DNA from: Eledone cirrhosa
Taxonomy: Eukaryota
Assembly: GCA_964016885.1 (NCBI GenBank)
Contig: OZ024741.1
Span: 409,944,001 to 410,008,000, forward strand
Reading direction: 5' to 3'
Length of the DNA stretch: 64,000 nt
This document shows positions 15,001-30,017 of the stretch, in pieces. Within the stretch, counting starts at the first letter, position 1; each line of letters begins with the position of its first letter. The position numbers and the translations under genes were made by a program. The notes under the pieces are model-generated. The model did no database searches. It was not told the origin of the DNA and saw only the letters and a program-made list of their open reading frames with translations.

Positions 15001-18000
15001 GTACATTGTATCCCTGTGTACATCAGGTTTACAATAGGTACACTGAATCCCTGTGTATATCTGGTTTACAATAGGTACACTGTATCTCTGTGTATATCTG
15101 GTTTACAATAGGTACATTGTATCCCTGTGTATATCTGGTTTACAATAGGTACACTATCCTTGTGTATATCTGGTTTACAATAGGTACACTGTATCCCTGT
15201 GTATATCAGGTTTACAATAGGTACACTGTATCTCAGTGTATATCTCGTTTACAATAGGTACACTGTATCCCTGTGTATATCTGGTTTACAATAGGTACAC
15301 TGTATCCCTGTGTATATCAGGTTTACAATAGGTACACTGTATCCCTGTGTATATCTGGTTTACAATAGGTACAGTGTATCCCAGTGTATATCAGGTTTAC
15401 AATAGGTATACTGTATCTCTGTGTATATCTGGTTTACAATAGGTACACTGTATCCCTGTTCATATCAGGTTTACAATAGGTACACTGTATCCCTGTGTAT
15501 ATCTGGTTTACAATAGGTACACTGTATCCCTGTGTATATCTGGTTTACAATAGGTACACTGTATCCCTGTGTATATCTGGTTTACAATAGGTACACTGTA
15601 TCCCTGTATGTATCTGGTTTACAATAGGTACATTGTATCCCTGTGTATATCTGGTTTACAATAGGTACACTGTATCCCTGTGTGTATCTGGTTTACAATA
15701 GGTACATTGTATCCCTGTGTACATCAGGTTTACAATAGGTACACTGAATCCCTGTGTATATCTGGTTTACAATAGGTACACTGTATCTCTGTGTATATCT
15801 GGTTTACAATAGGTACATTGTATCCCTGTGTATATCTGGTTTACAATAGGTACACTATCCCTGTGTATATCTGGTTTACAATAGGTACACTGTATCCCTG
15901 TGTATATCAGGTTTACAATAGGTACACTGTATCTCAGTGTATATCTCGTTTACAATAGGTACACTGTATCCCTGTGTATATCTGGTTTACAATAGGTACA
16001 CTGTATCCCTGTGTATATCAGGTTTACAATAGGTACACTGTATCCCTGTGTATATCTGGTTTACAATAGGTACCCTGTATCCCAGTGTATATCTGGTCTA
16101 CAATAGGTACACCGTATCACTGTGTATATCTAGTTTACAATAGGTACCCTGTATCCCAGTGTATTTCTGGTTTACAATAGGTACACTGTATCCCTGTGTA
16201 TATCTGGTTTACAATAGGTACACTGTATCCCTGTGTATATCTGGTTTACAATAGGTACACTGTATCCTTGTGTTATATCTGGTTTACAATAGGTACACTG
16301 TATCCCTGTGTATATCTGGTTTACAATAGGTACACTGTATCCCTGTGTATATCTGATTTACAATAGGTACACTGTATCCCTGTGTATATCTGGTTTACAA
16401 TAGGTACACTGTATCCCTGTGTATATCTGGTTTACAATAGGTACACTATCCCTGTGTATATCTGGTTTACAATAGGTACACTGTATCCCTGTGTATATCT
16501 AGTTTACAATAGGTACACTGTATCCCTGGGTATATCTGGTTTACAATAGGTACACTATCCCTGTGTATATCTGGTTTACAATAGGTACACTGTATCCCTG
16601 TGTATATCTGGTTTACAATAGGTACACTGTATCCCTGTGTATATCTGGTTTACAATAGGTACACTGTATCCCTGTGTATATCTGGTTTACAATAGGTACA
16701 CTGTATCCCTGTGTATATCTGGTTTACAATAGGTACACTATCCCTGTGTATATCTGGTTTACAATAGGTACACTGTATCCCTGTGTATATCTAGTTTACA
16801 ATAGGTACACTGTATCCCTGGGTATATCTGGTTTATAATAGGTACACTGTATCCCTGTGTATATCTAGTTTACAATAGGTACATTGTATCCCTGTGTATA
16901 TCTGGTTTACAATAGGTACACTATCCCTGTGTATATCTGGTTTACAATAGGTACACTGTATCCCTGTGTATATCTGGTTTACAATAGTACACTGTATCCT
17001 TGTGTTATATCTGGTTTACAATAGGTACACTGTATCCCTGTGTATATCTGGTTTACAATAGGTACACTGTATCCTTGTGTTATATCTGGTTTACAATAGG
17101 TACACTGTATCCCTGTGTATATCTGGTTTACAATAGTACACTGTATCCTTGTGTTATATCTGGTTTACAATAGGTACACTGTCTCCCTGGGTATATCTGG
17201 TTTACAATAGGTACACTGTATCCCTGTGTATATCTCGTTTACAATAGGTGCACTGTATACCTGTGTATATCTGGTTTACAATAGGTACGCTGTATCCCTG
17301 TGTATATCTGGTTTACAATAGGTACACTATCCCTGTGTATATCTGGTTTACAATAGGTACACTGTATCCCTGTGTATATCTGGTTTACAATAGCTACACT
17401 GTATCCTTGTGTTATATCTTGTTTACAATAGGTACACTGTATCCCTGTGTATATCTGGTTTACAATAGGTACACTGTATCCCTATGTATATCTAGTTTAC
17501 AATAGGTACACTGTATCCCTGGGTATATCTGGTTTACAATAGGTACACTATCCCTGTGTATATCTGGTTTACAATAGGTACACTATCCCTGTGTATATCT
17601 GGTTTACAATAGGTACACTGTATCCCTGTGTATATCTGGTTTACAATAGGTACACTGTATCCCTGTGTATATCTGGTTTACAATAGGTACACTGTATCCC
17701 TGTGTATATCTGGTTTACAATAGGTACACTGTATCCCTGTATATATCTAGTTTACAATAGGTACACTGTATCCCTGTGTATATCTGGTTTACAATAGGTA
17801 CACTGTATCCCTGTGTATATCTAGTTTACAATAGGTACATTGTATCCCTGTGTATATCTGGTTTACAATAGGTACACTATCCCTGTGTATATCTGGTTTA
17901 CAATAGGTACACTGTATCCCTGTGTATATCTGGTTTACAATAGCTACACTGTATCCTTGTGTTATATCTGGTTTACAATAGGTACACTGTATCCCTGTGT

Positions 18001-21000
18001 ATATCTGGTTTACAATAGTACACTGTATCCTTGTGTTATATCTGGTTTACAATAGGTACACTGTCTCCCTGGGTATATCTGGTTTACAATAGGTACACTG
18101 TATCCCTGTGTATATCTCGTTTACAATAGGTGCACTGTATGCCTGTGTATATCTGGTTTACAATAGGTACGCTGTATCCCTGTGTATATCTGGTTTACAA
18201 TAGGTACACTATCCCTGTGTATATCTGGTTTACAATAGGTACAATGTATCCCTGTGTATATCTGGTTTACAATAGCTACACTGTATCCTTGTGTTATATC
18301 TGGTTTACAATAGGTACACTGTATCCCTGTGTATATCTGGTTTACAATAGGTACACTGTATCCCTGTGTATATCTAGTTTACAATAGGTACACTGTATCC
18401 CTGGGTATATCTGGTTTACAATAGGTACACTATCCCTGTGTATATCTGGTTTACAATAGGTACACTATCCCTGTGTATATCTGGTTTACAATAGGTACAC
18501 TGTATCCCTGTGTATATCTGGTTTACAATAGGTACACTGTATCCCTGTGTATATCTGGTTTACAATAGGTACACTGTATCCCTGTGTATATCTGGTTTAC
18601 AATAGGTACACTGTATCCCTGTGTATATCTAGTTTACAATAGGTACACTGTATCCCTGGGTATATCTGGTTTACAATAGGTACACTGTATCCCTGTGTAT
18701 ATCTAGTTTACAATAGGTACATTGTATCCCTGTGTATATCTGGTTTACAATAGGTACACTATCCCTGTGTATATCTGGTTTACAATAGGTACACTGTATC
18801 CCTGTGTATATCTGGTTTACAATAGCTACACTGTATCCTTGTGTTATATCTGGTTTACAATAGGTACACTGTATCCCTGTGTATATCTGGTTTACAATAG
18901 TACACTGTATCCTTGTGTTATATCTGGTTTACAATAGGTACACTGTCTCCCTGTGTATATCTGGTTTACAATAGGTACACTGTATCCCTGTGTATATCTG
19001 GTTTACAATAGGTACACTGTATCCCTGTGTATATCTGGTTTACAATAGGTACACTGTATCCCTGTGTATACCTGGTTTACAATAGGTACACTGTATCCCT
19101 GTGTATATCTGATTTACAATAGGTACACTATCCCTGTGTATATCTGGTTTACAATAGGTACACTGTATCCCTGTGTATATCTGGTTTACAATAGGTACAC
19201 TTTCCCTGTGTATATCTGGTTTACAATAGGTACACTGTATCACAGTGTATATCAGGTTTACAATAGGTATACTGTATCCCTGTGTATATCTGGTTTACAA
19301 TAGGTACACTGTATCCCTGTGTATATCTGGTTTACAATAGGTACACTGTATCCCTGTGTATATCTGGTTTACAATAGGTACACTGTATCCCTGTGTATAT
19401 CTGGTTTACAATAGGTACACTGTATCCCTGTGTATATCAGGTTTACAATAGGTACACTGAATTCCTTTTTATATCAGGTTTACAATAGGTACACTGTATC
19501 CCTGTGTATATCTGGTTTACAATAGGTACACTGTATCCCTGTGTATATCTGGTTTACAATAGGTACACTGTATCCCTGTGTATATCTGGTTTACAATAGG
19601 TACACTGTATCCTTGTGTTATATCTGGTTTACAATAGGTACACTGTATCCCTGTGTATATCTGGTTTACAATAGGTACACTGTATCCCTGTGTATATCTG
19701 GTTTACAATAGGTACACTGTATCCTTGTGTTATATCTGGTTTACAATAGGTACACTGTATCCCTGTGTATATCTGGTTTACAATAGGTATACTGTATCCC
19801 TGTGTATATCTGGTTTACAATAGGTACACTGTATCCCTGTGTATATCTGGTTTACAATAGGTACACTGTATCCCTGTGTATATCTGGTTTACAATAGGTA
19901 CACTATCCCTGTGTATATCTGGTTTACAATAGGTACACTATCCCTGTGTATATCTGGTTTACCATAGGTACACTGTATCCCTGTGTATATCTGGTTTACA
20001 ATAGGTACACTATCCCTGTGTATATCTGGTTTACAATAGGTACACTGTATCACAGTGTATATCAGGTTTACAATAGGTATACTGTATCCCTGTGTATATC
20101 TGGTTTACAATAGGTACACTGTATCCCTGTGTATATCTGGTTTACAATAGGTACACTGTATCCCTGTGTATATCTGGTTTACAATAGGTACACTGTATCC
20201 CTGTGTATATCTGGTTTACAATAGGTACACTGTATCCCTGTGTATATCAGGTTTACAAAAGGTACACGGAATCCCTGTGTATATCTGGTTTACAATACGT
20301 ACACTGTATCCCTGTGTATATCTGGTTTACAATAGGTACAGTGTATCCCAGTGTATATCAGGTTTACAATAGGTACACTGTATCCCTGTATGTATCTGGT
20401 TTACAATAGGTACATTGTATCTCTGTGTATATCTGGTTTACAATAGGTACACTGTATCCCTGTTCATATCAGGTTTACAATAGGTACACTGTATCCCTGT
20501 GTATATCTGGTTTACAATAGGTACACTGTATCCCTGTGTATATCTGGTTTACAATAGGTACACTGTATCCCTGTGTATATCTGGTTTACAATAGGTACAC
20601 TGTATCCCTGTATGTATCTGGTTTACAATAGGTACATTGTATCCCTGTGTATATCTGGTTTACAATAGGTACACTGTATCCCTGTGTGTATCTGGTTTAA
20701 AATAGGTACATTGTATCCCTGTGTACATCAGGTTTACAATAGGTACACTGTATCTCTGTGTATATCTGGTTTACAATAGGTACATTGTATCCCTGTGTAT
20801 ATCTGGTTTACAATAGGTACACTATCCCTGTGTATATCTGGTTTACAATAGGTACACTGTATCCCTGTGTATATCAGGTTTACAATAGGTACACTGTATC
20901 TCAGTGTATATCTCGTTTACAATAGGTACACTGTATCCCTGTGTATATTTGGTTTACAATAGGTACACTGTATCCCTGTGTATATCAGGTTTACAATAGG

Positions 21001-24000
21001 TACACTGTATCCCTGTGTATATCTGGTTTACAATAGGTACCCTGTATCCCAGTGTATATCTGGTCTACAATAGGTACACTGTATCACTGTGTATATCTAG
21101 TTTACAATAGGTACCCTGTATCCCAGTGTATTTCTGGTTTACAATAGGTACACTGTATCCCTGTGTATATCTGGTTTACAATAGGTACACTGTATCCCTG
21201 TGTATATCTGGTTTACAATAGGTACACTGTATCCTTGTGTTATATCTGGTTTACAATAGGTACACTGTATCCCTGTGTATATCTGGTTTACAATAGGTAC
21301 ACTGTATCCCTGTGTATATCTGATTTACAATAGGTACACTGTATCCCTGTGTATATCTGGTTTACAATAGGTACACTGTATCCCTGTGTATATCTGGTTT
21401 ACAATAGGTACACTATCCCTGTGTATATCTGGTTTACAATAGGTACACTGTATCCCTGTGTATATCTAGTTTACAATAGGTACACTGTATCCCTGGGTAT
21501 ATCTGGTTTACAATAGGTACACTATCCCTGTGTATATCTGGTTTACAATAGGTACACTGTATCCCTGTGTATATCTGGTTTACAATAGGTACACTGTATC
21601 CCTGTGTATATCTGGTTTACAATAGGTACACTGTATCCCTGTGTATATCTGGTTTACAATAGGTACACTGTATCCCTGTGTATATCTGGTTTACAATAGG
21701 TACACTATCCCTGTGTATATCTGGTTTACAATAGGTACACTGTATCCCTGTGTATATCTAGTTTACAATAGGTACACTGTATCCCTGGGTATATCTGGTT
21801 TATAATAGGTACACTGTATCCCTGTGTATATCTAGTTTACAATAGGTACATTGTATCCCTGTGTATATCTGGTTTACAATAGGTACACTATCCCTGTGTA
21901 TATCTGGTTTACAATAGGTACACTGTATCCCTGTGTATATCTGATTTACAATAGTACACTGTATCCTTGTGTTATATCTGGTTTACAATAGGTACACTGT
22001 ATCCCTGTGTATATCTGGTTTACAATAGGTACACTGTATCCCTGTGTATATCTGGTTTACAATAGGTACACTGTATCCCTGTGTATATCTGATTTACAAT
22101 AGTACACTGTATCCCTGTGTATATCTGGTTTACAATAGGTACACTGTATCCCTGTGTATATCTGGTTTACAATAGGTACACTATCCCTGTGTATATCTGG
22201 TTTACAATAGGTACACTGTATCCCTGTGTATATCTGGTTTACAATAGTACACTGTATCCTTGTGTTATATCTGGTTTACAATAGGTACACTGTCTCCCTG
22301 GGTATATCTGGTTTACAATAGGTACACTGTATCCCTGTGTATATCTGGTTTACAATAGCTACACTGTATCCTTGTGTTATATCTGGTTTACAATAGGTGC
22401 ACTGTATGCCTGTGTATATCTGGTTTACAATAGGTACGCTGTATCCCTGTGTATATCTGGTTTACAATAGGTACACTATCCCTGTGTATATCTGGTTTAC
22501 AATAGGTACAATGTATCCCTGTGTATATCTGGTTTACAATAGCTACACTGTATCCTTGTGTTATATCTGGTTTACAATAGGTACACTGTATCCCTGTGTA
22601 TATCTGGTTTACAATAGGTACACTGTATCCCTGTGTATATCTGGTTTACAATAGGTACACTGTATCCCTGTGTATATCTAGTTTACAATAGGTACACTGT
22701 ATCCCTGGGTATATCTGGTTTACAATAGGTACACTGTATCCCTGTGTATATCTAGTTTACAATAGGTACATTGTATCCCTGTGTATATCTGGTTTACAAT
22801 AGGTACACTATCCCTGTGTATATCTGGTTTACAATAGGTACACTGTATCCCTGTGTATATCTGGTTTACAATAGCTACACTGTATCCTTGTGTTATATCT
22901 GGTTTACAATAGGTACACTGTATCCCTGTGTATATCTGGTTTACAATAGTACACTGTATCCTTGTGTTATATCTGGTTTACAATAGGTACACTGTCTCCC
23001 TGTGTATATCTGGTTTACAATAGGTACACTGTATCCCTGTGTATATCTGGTTTACAATAGGTACACTGTATCCCTGTGTATATCTGGTTTACAATAGGTA
23101 CACTGTATCCCTGTGTATACCTGGTTTACAATAGGTACACTGTATCCCTGTGTATATCTGATTTACAATAGGTACACTATCCCTGTGTATATCTGGTTTA
23201 CAATAGGTACACTGTATCCCTGTGTATATCTGGTTTACAATAGGTACACTTTCCCTGTGTATATCTGGTTTACAATAGGTACACTGTATCACAGTGTATA
23301 TCAGGTTTACAATAGGTATACTGTATCCCTGTGTATATCTGGTTTACAATAGGTACACTGTATCCCTGTGTATATCTGGTTTACAATAGGTACACTGTAT
23401 CCCTGTGTATATCTGGTTTACAATAGGTACACTGTATCCCTGTGTATATCTGGTTTACAATAGGTACACTGTATCCCTGTGTATATCAGGTTTACAATAG
23501 GTACACTGAATTCCTTTTTATATCAGGTTTACAATAGGTACACTGTATCCCTGTGTATATCTGGTTTACAATAGGTACACTGTATCCCTGTGTATATCTG
23601 GTTTACAATAGGTACACTGTATCCCTGTGTATATCTGGTTTACAATAGGTACACTGTATCCTTGTGTTATATCTGGTTTACAATAGGTACACTGTATCCC
23701 TGTGTATATCTGGTTTACAATAGGTACACTGTATCCCTGTGTATATCTGGTTTACAATAGGTACACTGTATCCTTGTGTTATATCTGGTTTACAATAGGT
23801 ACACTGTATCCCTGTGTATATCTGGTTTACAATAGGTATACTGTATCCCTGTGTATATCTGGTTTACAATAGGTACACTGTATCCCTGTGTATATCTGGT
23901 TTACAATAGGTACACTGTATCCCTGTGTATATCTGGTTTACAATAGGTACACTATCCCTGTGTATATCTGGTTTACAATAGGTACACTATCCCTGTGTAT

Positions 24001-27000
24001 ATCTGGTTTACCATAGGTACACTGTATCCCTGTGTATATCTGGTTTACAATAGGTACACTATCCCTGTGTATATCTGGTTTACAATAGGTACACTGTATC
24101 ACAGTGTATATCAGGTTTACAATAGGTATACTGTATCCCTGTGTATATCTGGTTTACAATAGGTACACTGTATCCCTGTGTATATCTGGTTTACAATAGG
24201 TACACTGTATCCCTGTGTATATCTGGTTTACAATAGGTACACTGTATCCCTGTGTATATCTGGTTTACAATAGGTACACTGTATCCCTGTGTATATCAGG
24301 TTTACAAAAGGTACACGGAATCCCTGTGTATATCTGGTTTACAATACGTACACTGTATCCCTGTGTATATCTGGTTTACAATAGGTACAGTGTATCCCAG
24401 TGTATATCAGGTTTACAATAGGTACACTGTATCCCTGTATGTATCTGGTTTACAATAGGTACATTGTATCTCTGTGTATATCTGGTTTACAATAGGTACA
24501 CTGTATCCCTGTTCATATCAGGTTTACAATAGGTACACTGTATCCCTGTGTATATCTGGTTTACAATAGGTACACTGTATCCCTGTGTATATCTGGTTTA
24601 CAATAGGTACACTGTATCCCTGTGTATATCTGGTTTACAATAGGTACACTGTATCCCTGTATGTATCTGGTTTACAATAGGTACATTGTATCCCTGTGTA
24701 TATCTGGTTTACAATAGGTACACTGTATCCCTGTGTGTATCTGGTTTAAAATAGGTACATTGTATCCCTGTGTACATCAGGTTTACAATAGGTACACTGT
24801 ATCTCTGTGTATATCTGGTTTACAATAGGTACATTGTATCCCTGTGTATATCTGGTTTACAATAGGTACACTATCCCTGTGTATATCTGGTTTACAATAG
24901 GTACACTGTATCCCTGTGTATATCAGGTTTACAATAGGTACACTGTATCTCAGTGTATATCTCGTTTACAATAGGTACACTGTATCCCTGTGTATATTTG
25001 GTTTACAATAGGTACACTGTATCCCTGTGTATATCAGGTTTACAATAGGTACACTGTATCCCTGTGTATATCTGGTTTACAATAGGTACCCTGTATCCCA
25101 GTGTATATCTGGTCTACAATAGGTACACTGTATCACTGTGTATATCTAGTTTACAATAGGTACCCTGTATCCCAGTGTATTTCTGGTTTACAATAGGTAA
25201 ACTGTATCCCTGTGTATATCTGGTTTACAATAGGTACACTGTATCCCTGTGTATATCTGGTTTACAATAGGTACACTGTATCCTTGTGTTATATCTGGTT
25301 TACAATAGGTACACTGTATCCCTGTGTATATCTGGTTTACAATAGGTACACTGTATCCCTGTGTATATCTGATTTACAATAGGTACACTGTATCCCTGTG
25401 TATATCTGGTTTACAATAGGTACACTGTATCCCTGTGTATATCTGGTTTACAATAGGTACACTATCCCTGTGTATATCTGGTTTACAATAGGTACACTGT
25501 ATCCCTGTGTATATCTAGTTTACAATAGGTACACTGTATCCCTGGGTATATCTGGTTTACAATAGGTACACTATCCCTGTGTATATCTGGTTTACAATAG
25601 GTACACTGTATCCCTGTGTATATCTGGTTTACAATAGGTACACTGTATCCCTGTGTATATCTGGTTTACAATAGGTACACTGTATCCCTGTGTATATCTG
25701 GTTTACAATAGGTACACTGTATCCCTGTGTATATCTGGTTTACAATAGGTACACTATCCCTGTGTATATCTGGTTTACAATAGGTACACTGTATCCCTGT
25801 GTATATCTAGTTTACAATAGGTACACTGTATCCCTGGGTATATCTGGTTTATAATAGGTACACTGTATCCCTGTGTATATCTAGTTTACAATAGGTACAT
25901 TGTATCCCTGTGTATATCTGGTTTACAATAGGTACACTATCCCTGTGTATATCTGGTTTACAATAGGTACACTGTATCCCTGTGTATATCTGATTTACAA
26001 TAGTACACTGTATCCTTGTGTTATATCTGGTTTACAATAGGTACACTGTATCCCTGTGTATATCTGGTTTACAATAGGTACACTGTATCCCTGTGTATAT
26101 CTGGTTTACAATAGGTACACTGTATCCCTGTGTATATCTGATTTACAATAGTACACTGTATCCCTGTGTATATCTGGTTTACAATAGGTACACTGTATCC
26201 CTGTGTATATCTGGTTTACAATAGGTACACTATCCCTGTGTATATCTGGTTTACAATAGGTACACTGTATCCCTGTGTATATCTGGTTTACAATAGTACA
26301 CTGTATCCTTGTGTTATATCTGGTTTACAATAGGTACACTGTCTCCCTGGGTATATCTGGTTTACAATAGGTACACTGTATCCCTGTGTATATCTGGTTT
26401 ACAATAGCTACACTGTATCCTTGTGTTATATCTGGTTTACAATAGGTGCACTGTATGCCTGTGTATATCTGGTTTACAATAGGTACGCTGTATCCCTGTG
26501 TATATCTGGTTTACAATAGGTACACTATCCCTGTGTATATCTGGTTTACAATAGGTACAATGTATCCCTGTGTATATCTGGTTTACAATAGCTACACTGT
26601 ATCCTTGTGTTATATCTGGTTTACAATAGGTACACTGTATCCCTGTGTATATCTGGTTTACAATAGGTACACTGTATCCCTGTGTATATCTAGTTTACAA
26701 CAGGTACACTGTATCCCTGGGTATATCTGGTTTACAATAGGTACACTGTATCCTAGTGTATATCTGGTTTACAATAGGTACACTGTATCCCTGTGTATAT
26801 CTGGTTTACAATAGGTACACTGTATCCCTGTGTATATCTGGTTTACAATAGGTACACTGTATCCCTGTGTATATCAGCTTTACAATAGGTACACTGTATC
26901 CCTGTGTATATCTGGTTTACAATAGGTACACTGTATCCCTGTGTATATCTGGTTTACAATAGGTACACTGTATCCCTGTGTATATCTGGTTTACAATAGG

Positions 27001-27303
27001 TACACTGTATCCCTGTGTATATCTGGTTTACAATAGGTACACTGTATCCCTGTGTATATCTGGTTTACAATAGGTACACTGTATCCCTGTGTATCTGGTT
27101 TACAATAGGTACACTGTATCCCTGTGTATCTGGTTTACAATAGGTACACTGTATCCCTGGGTATATCTGGTTTATAATAGGTACACTGTATCCCTGTGTA
27201 TATCTGGTTTATAATAGGTACACTGTATCCCTGTGTATCTGGTTTACAATAGGTACACTGTATCCCTGTGTATATCTGGTTTACAATAGCTACACTGTAT
27301 CCT
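1..27303. repeat. 37-bp satellite array (consensus CTGGTTTACAATAGGTACACTGTATCCCTGTGTATAT), about 740 copies, open at the left edge
   Basis: Continuous head-to-tail 37-bp units with 35-38 bp indel variants; ends abruptly at ...TACACTGTATCCT|TTGTCAG near 27303. Confidence 0.98.
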
Positions 27304-27677
27304 TTGTCAGTAACCCTCCCTGTATGTTTTAACCCTTTATCATTTACATTACTCTATATTTGCTATTGTAAACACTTTATTTCACATAATATTGAATGTA
27401 TGATATTATATTATTTATTTTGAGAACAATACCTTAACATAAGTATGAGCAGCTGTTTTGAACAGGAAGAGGTGAGAAAATTCTTGCTGGATATGGTCGG
27501 TTTAAATAGTAAAGGGTTAAGAGGTAACTAAAAAGGTTGGTGACATGAAAGGCTTTTGGCCATAAAATACTACCTCAAGAAAACTCCTGTTGACATGGTA
27601 AAGTTACCATAGTAACCCATGTTGACATGGTAAAGCTTTTATGATAACAATCTAAACCTTAACTTCTCATTTTGTAG

Positions 27678-27837
27678 ATGCCGTTAGAGATTACTCGGAA
27701 CTTTGTTGAGAATCGAGACGGCACGTATGATTTATACGAAGTACCCAAGGTCCAAGTAGAAAGTATTGATGATACGTACAAAAGTAAACATCAGACACCA
27801 ATCCGGCCATTTGAGTTGAAGACATTTTTAAAAGTTG
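27678..27837 (+). CDS. C2orf42: C2orf42 homolog, penultimate coding exon
   Basis: Acceptor TTTTGTAG| and donor G|[35 protein letters not shown]...[12 protein letters not shown] closely matches the human C2orf42 C-terminus as recalled ([20 protein letters not shown]...[12 protein letters not shown]). Confidence 0.9.
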
Positions 27838-28356
27838 GTAAGTTAGAAACCTTTGTTTTTCACAGAGATAGTAGCTCCCTAAATTTATTCCCACCTGTTC
27901 TTATTTTAGCTACTATGTGCCTAGATCAACCATTTCCACTGCTAATTAGGCCACATTGGTAACAGAAGCTATCAACTATTTCTGAGGTGCCTTCCTGAGA
28001 TTGGAAAAAGTTTATTTCATTGAAGCTCTTACTACCAACTATCCCTGAACTACCCCTGAACATCTGCCACATGTAAAGTTTTCCTTTCCTGTTAGTCTGC
28101 CTGCTATCCCTCTATACCTCCTGTGTACCCAACATTGACATTGTGTTCGTCATATACAGTTTCTACCCCTTTCCTACATGTTAAGCAAGGCCACTTCCCT
28201 GGTGGGATAAGGGTCCTGATTATTTTCTTAATTAATTGAAAATCATAGGCAGTATCTTTCATTAGAAATAATAGCTACCATCAGATTTCATATCTGAACA
28301 GATAATTTTATTTGAAATAACACACACCAACATATATGGTTTATTTTGCTATTCAG

Positions 28357-28559
28357 GTAATACGAGTGTGGACCAGAAAGATCCAACGCCGTTCATCATT
28401 GAATGGATACCTGATATTCTTCCGAAATCTCATATTGGAGAATTACGAATCAAATTTGAATACGGACATCAAAGAAACGGTCACGTTGAACACAGGCTGA
28501 TAGCCGCTACTACACCTGATATACCTGTACAGACTATTCACGTACAAGAGATTCCTTGA
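28357..28559 (+). CDS. C2orf42: C2orf42 homolog, last coding exon
   Basis: Acceptor ATTCAG|; the phase-1 join restores Gly. (G)[43 protein letters not shown]...* matches recalled human [43 protein letters not shown]; TGA at 28557-28559. Confidence 0.92.
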
Positions 28560-29229
28560 AAGTGACAAAAATATAAACATTATTTTCACTTGGTAAAAAC
28601 TGTATCATCTACCTCAGCTGTTAACAAGTGTAGACCAAAGAAGACATGTCAACATCATGAACAGAATACTAAAAACTTGTGAGATATTTATTTTGGTATC
28701 TAAGACATCATCATCTTTTATAGACAAATTGATGGGGGAATGCATTCCTTTTATTTTTTTTTTTTTTTTTGGCAGTGACTTTGAAGAATGAGCGTGAGTG
28801 GGAGATCTGTATGATGATGATGATGATGTTGTGGTTTTTGAGGACTGGAGTCTGTCTGCTGTAGATGGTTGATCGTTCCACTAACCCTTTGTGGTTAATG
28901 TATATTTTGGAGTTGTGGCAATGGTGCGAGCTGTTTGTTTCATTGCTCTACAGAATTGTTGCAAGAGATCGGCACTGATCTGTGTTCCAGCTTTGGAGAA
29001 GAATAACACTTTAGCCATTGAAAGAACCATTTTGTTGTTGCAATGATGGCTGGCAGCGTTGTCTACCAAAGTTATGTCACTTCAATAAAGACGGAAAAGA
29101 AATGAAATTTTAAAAAAGATGGAGAAGAGGGGAACATTTTAAATCAAAATTACATTGGTTTATCTGGCATTGTTGTTTCTTTCATAGTTTCATGTGTTTC
29201 TACATCAAACAACTTCCGGCATAGAGTTA

Positions 29230-29392
29230 CATCTCTTTCCATTCTGAGTTCAAATCCTGCTATAACTAGCTTTGTCTTTCATCCTTACAGGGATCAATAA
29301 AGTACCTGTAATGCACTGGGGTCAATTTAATCGACTTTCTCTTCCGCCAGAATTGTTGGTCTTGTGCTTATAGTAGAAATCATTATTATTAT
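29230..29392 (+). mobile_element. SINE fragment, same family as 29409-29605
   Basis: B-box-like CTGAGTTCAAATCC followed by TTTCATCCTTACAGGGATCAATAAAGTACC core, shared with other copies in the window. Confidence 0.7.
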
Positions 29393-29408
29393 GTTTACTA
29401 AATGGTAA

Positions 29409-29605
29409 GGGCGGCGGATTGGCAGTATCGGTAGAGGGTGGGATGTTATGCTTTGACGCATAAAGTTACGGCCCTTTATGGTCTGAGTTCAAATCCCGCC
29501 GAGGTTAATTTTGCCTTTCATCCTTACAAGGTCGATAAAATAAAGTATCAGTAATGTACTGGGGTAATTGCTGGCCTTGTGCCAAAAGTAGAAACAATTA
29601 TTATT
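29409..29605 (+). mobile_element. tRNA-derived SINE, near full length
   Basis: GGCGGCGGATTGGCAG head, B-box GAGTTCAAATCC, core GCCTTTCATCCTTACAAGGTCGATAAAATAAAGTA, (ATT)n tail; reverse-complement copy at 44163-44382. Confidence 0.8.
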
Positions 29606-29804
29606 GTTTACTATATCAAATTCTATGCTGGCTGTTGGCAAAATAACTTGTTTATGTGTGTTAGATGGGCTCATGATACAGTCCTAACACAGCCAGGTGG
29701 CATAAATGGTAACGTGCTTTGGTATAATCAGATCTTGAGCTAATATCTGGCCCTCATATATATGGTGACCTGTCCCCTCCCTACTGGAATTGTGATTGCT
29801 AAAG

Positions 29805-30017
29805 CAGTAGATTGGCTCGGTAGAGTGTTAGACGAAATACTTTGTGGTATTTAGTTACATCTGTCTACTTTGTGAGTTCAAATCCTGTTACGGTCAACTT
29901 TGCCTGTCATTCTTTCGGGGTTGATAAAATAAAGTACCAGTCAAATACTGGGGGTGATTTAATCTATATTTTCCTTTCCCCAAATTTGCTGACCTTGTGC
30001 CTAAATTAGAAACCAAT
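29805..30017 (+). mobile_element. SINE copy, same family
   Basis: GAGTTCAAATCC...TTTGCCTGTCATTCTTTCGGGGTTGATAAAATAAAGTACCAG...GACCTTGTGCCTAAATTAGAAAC. Confidence 0.75.

Noticed and set aside
4-26814. Many short ORFs (YIWFTIGTLYPCV...)
   Set aside because: Translations of the satellite, opened by 35/38-bp indel variants; no coding signal.
1-27303. CRISPR-like array (37-bp repeat with a short TACAC/GTGTA palindrome)
   Set aside because: Units are directly adjacent with no unique spacers, there are no cas genes, and the context is eukaryotic and intronic.
27838-27962. Continuation of ORF 27678-27962
   Set aside because: Read-through past the GT donor at 27838; similarity to C2orf42 continues only in the next exon.
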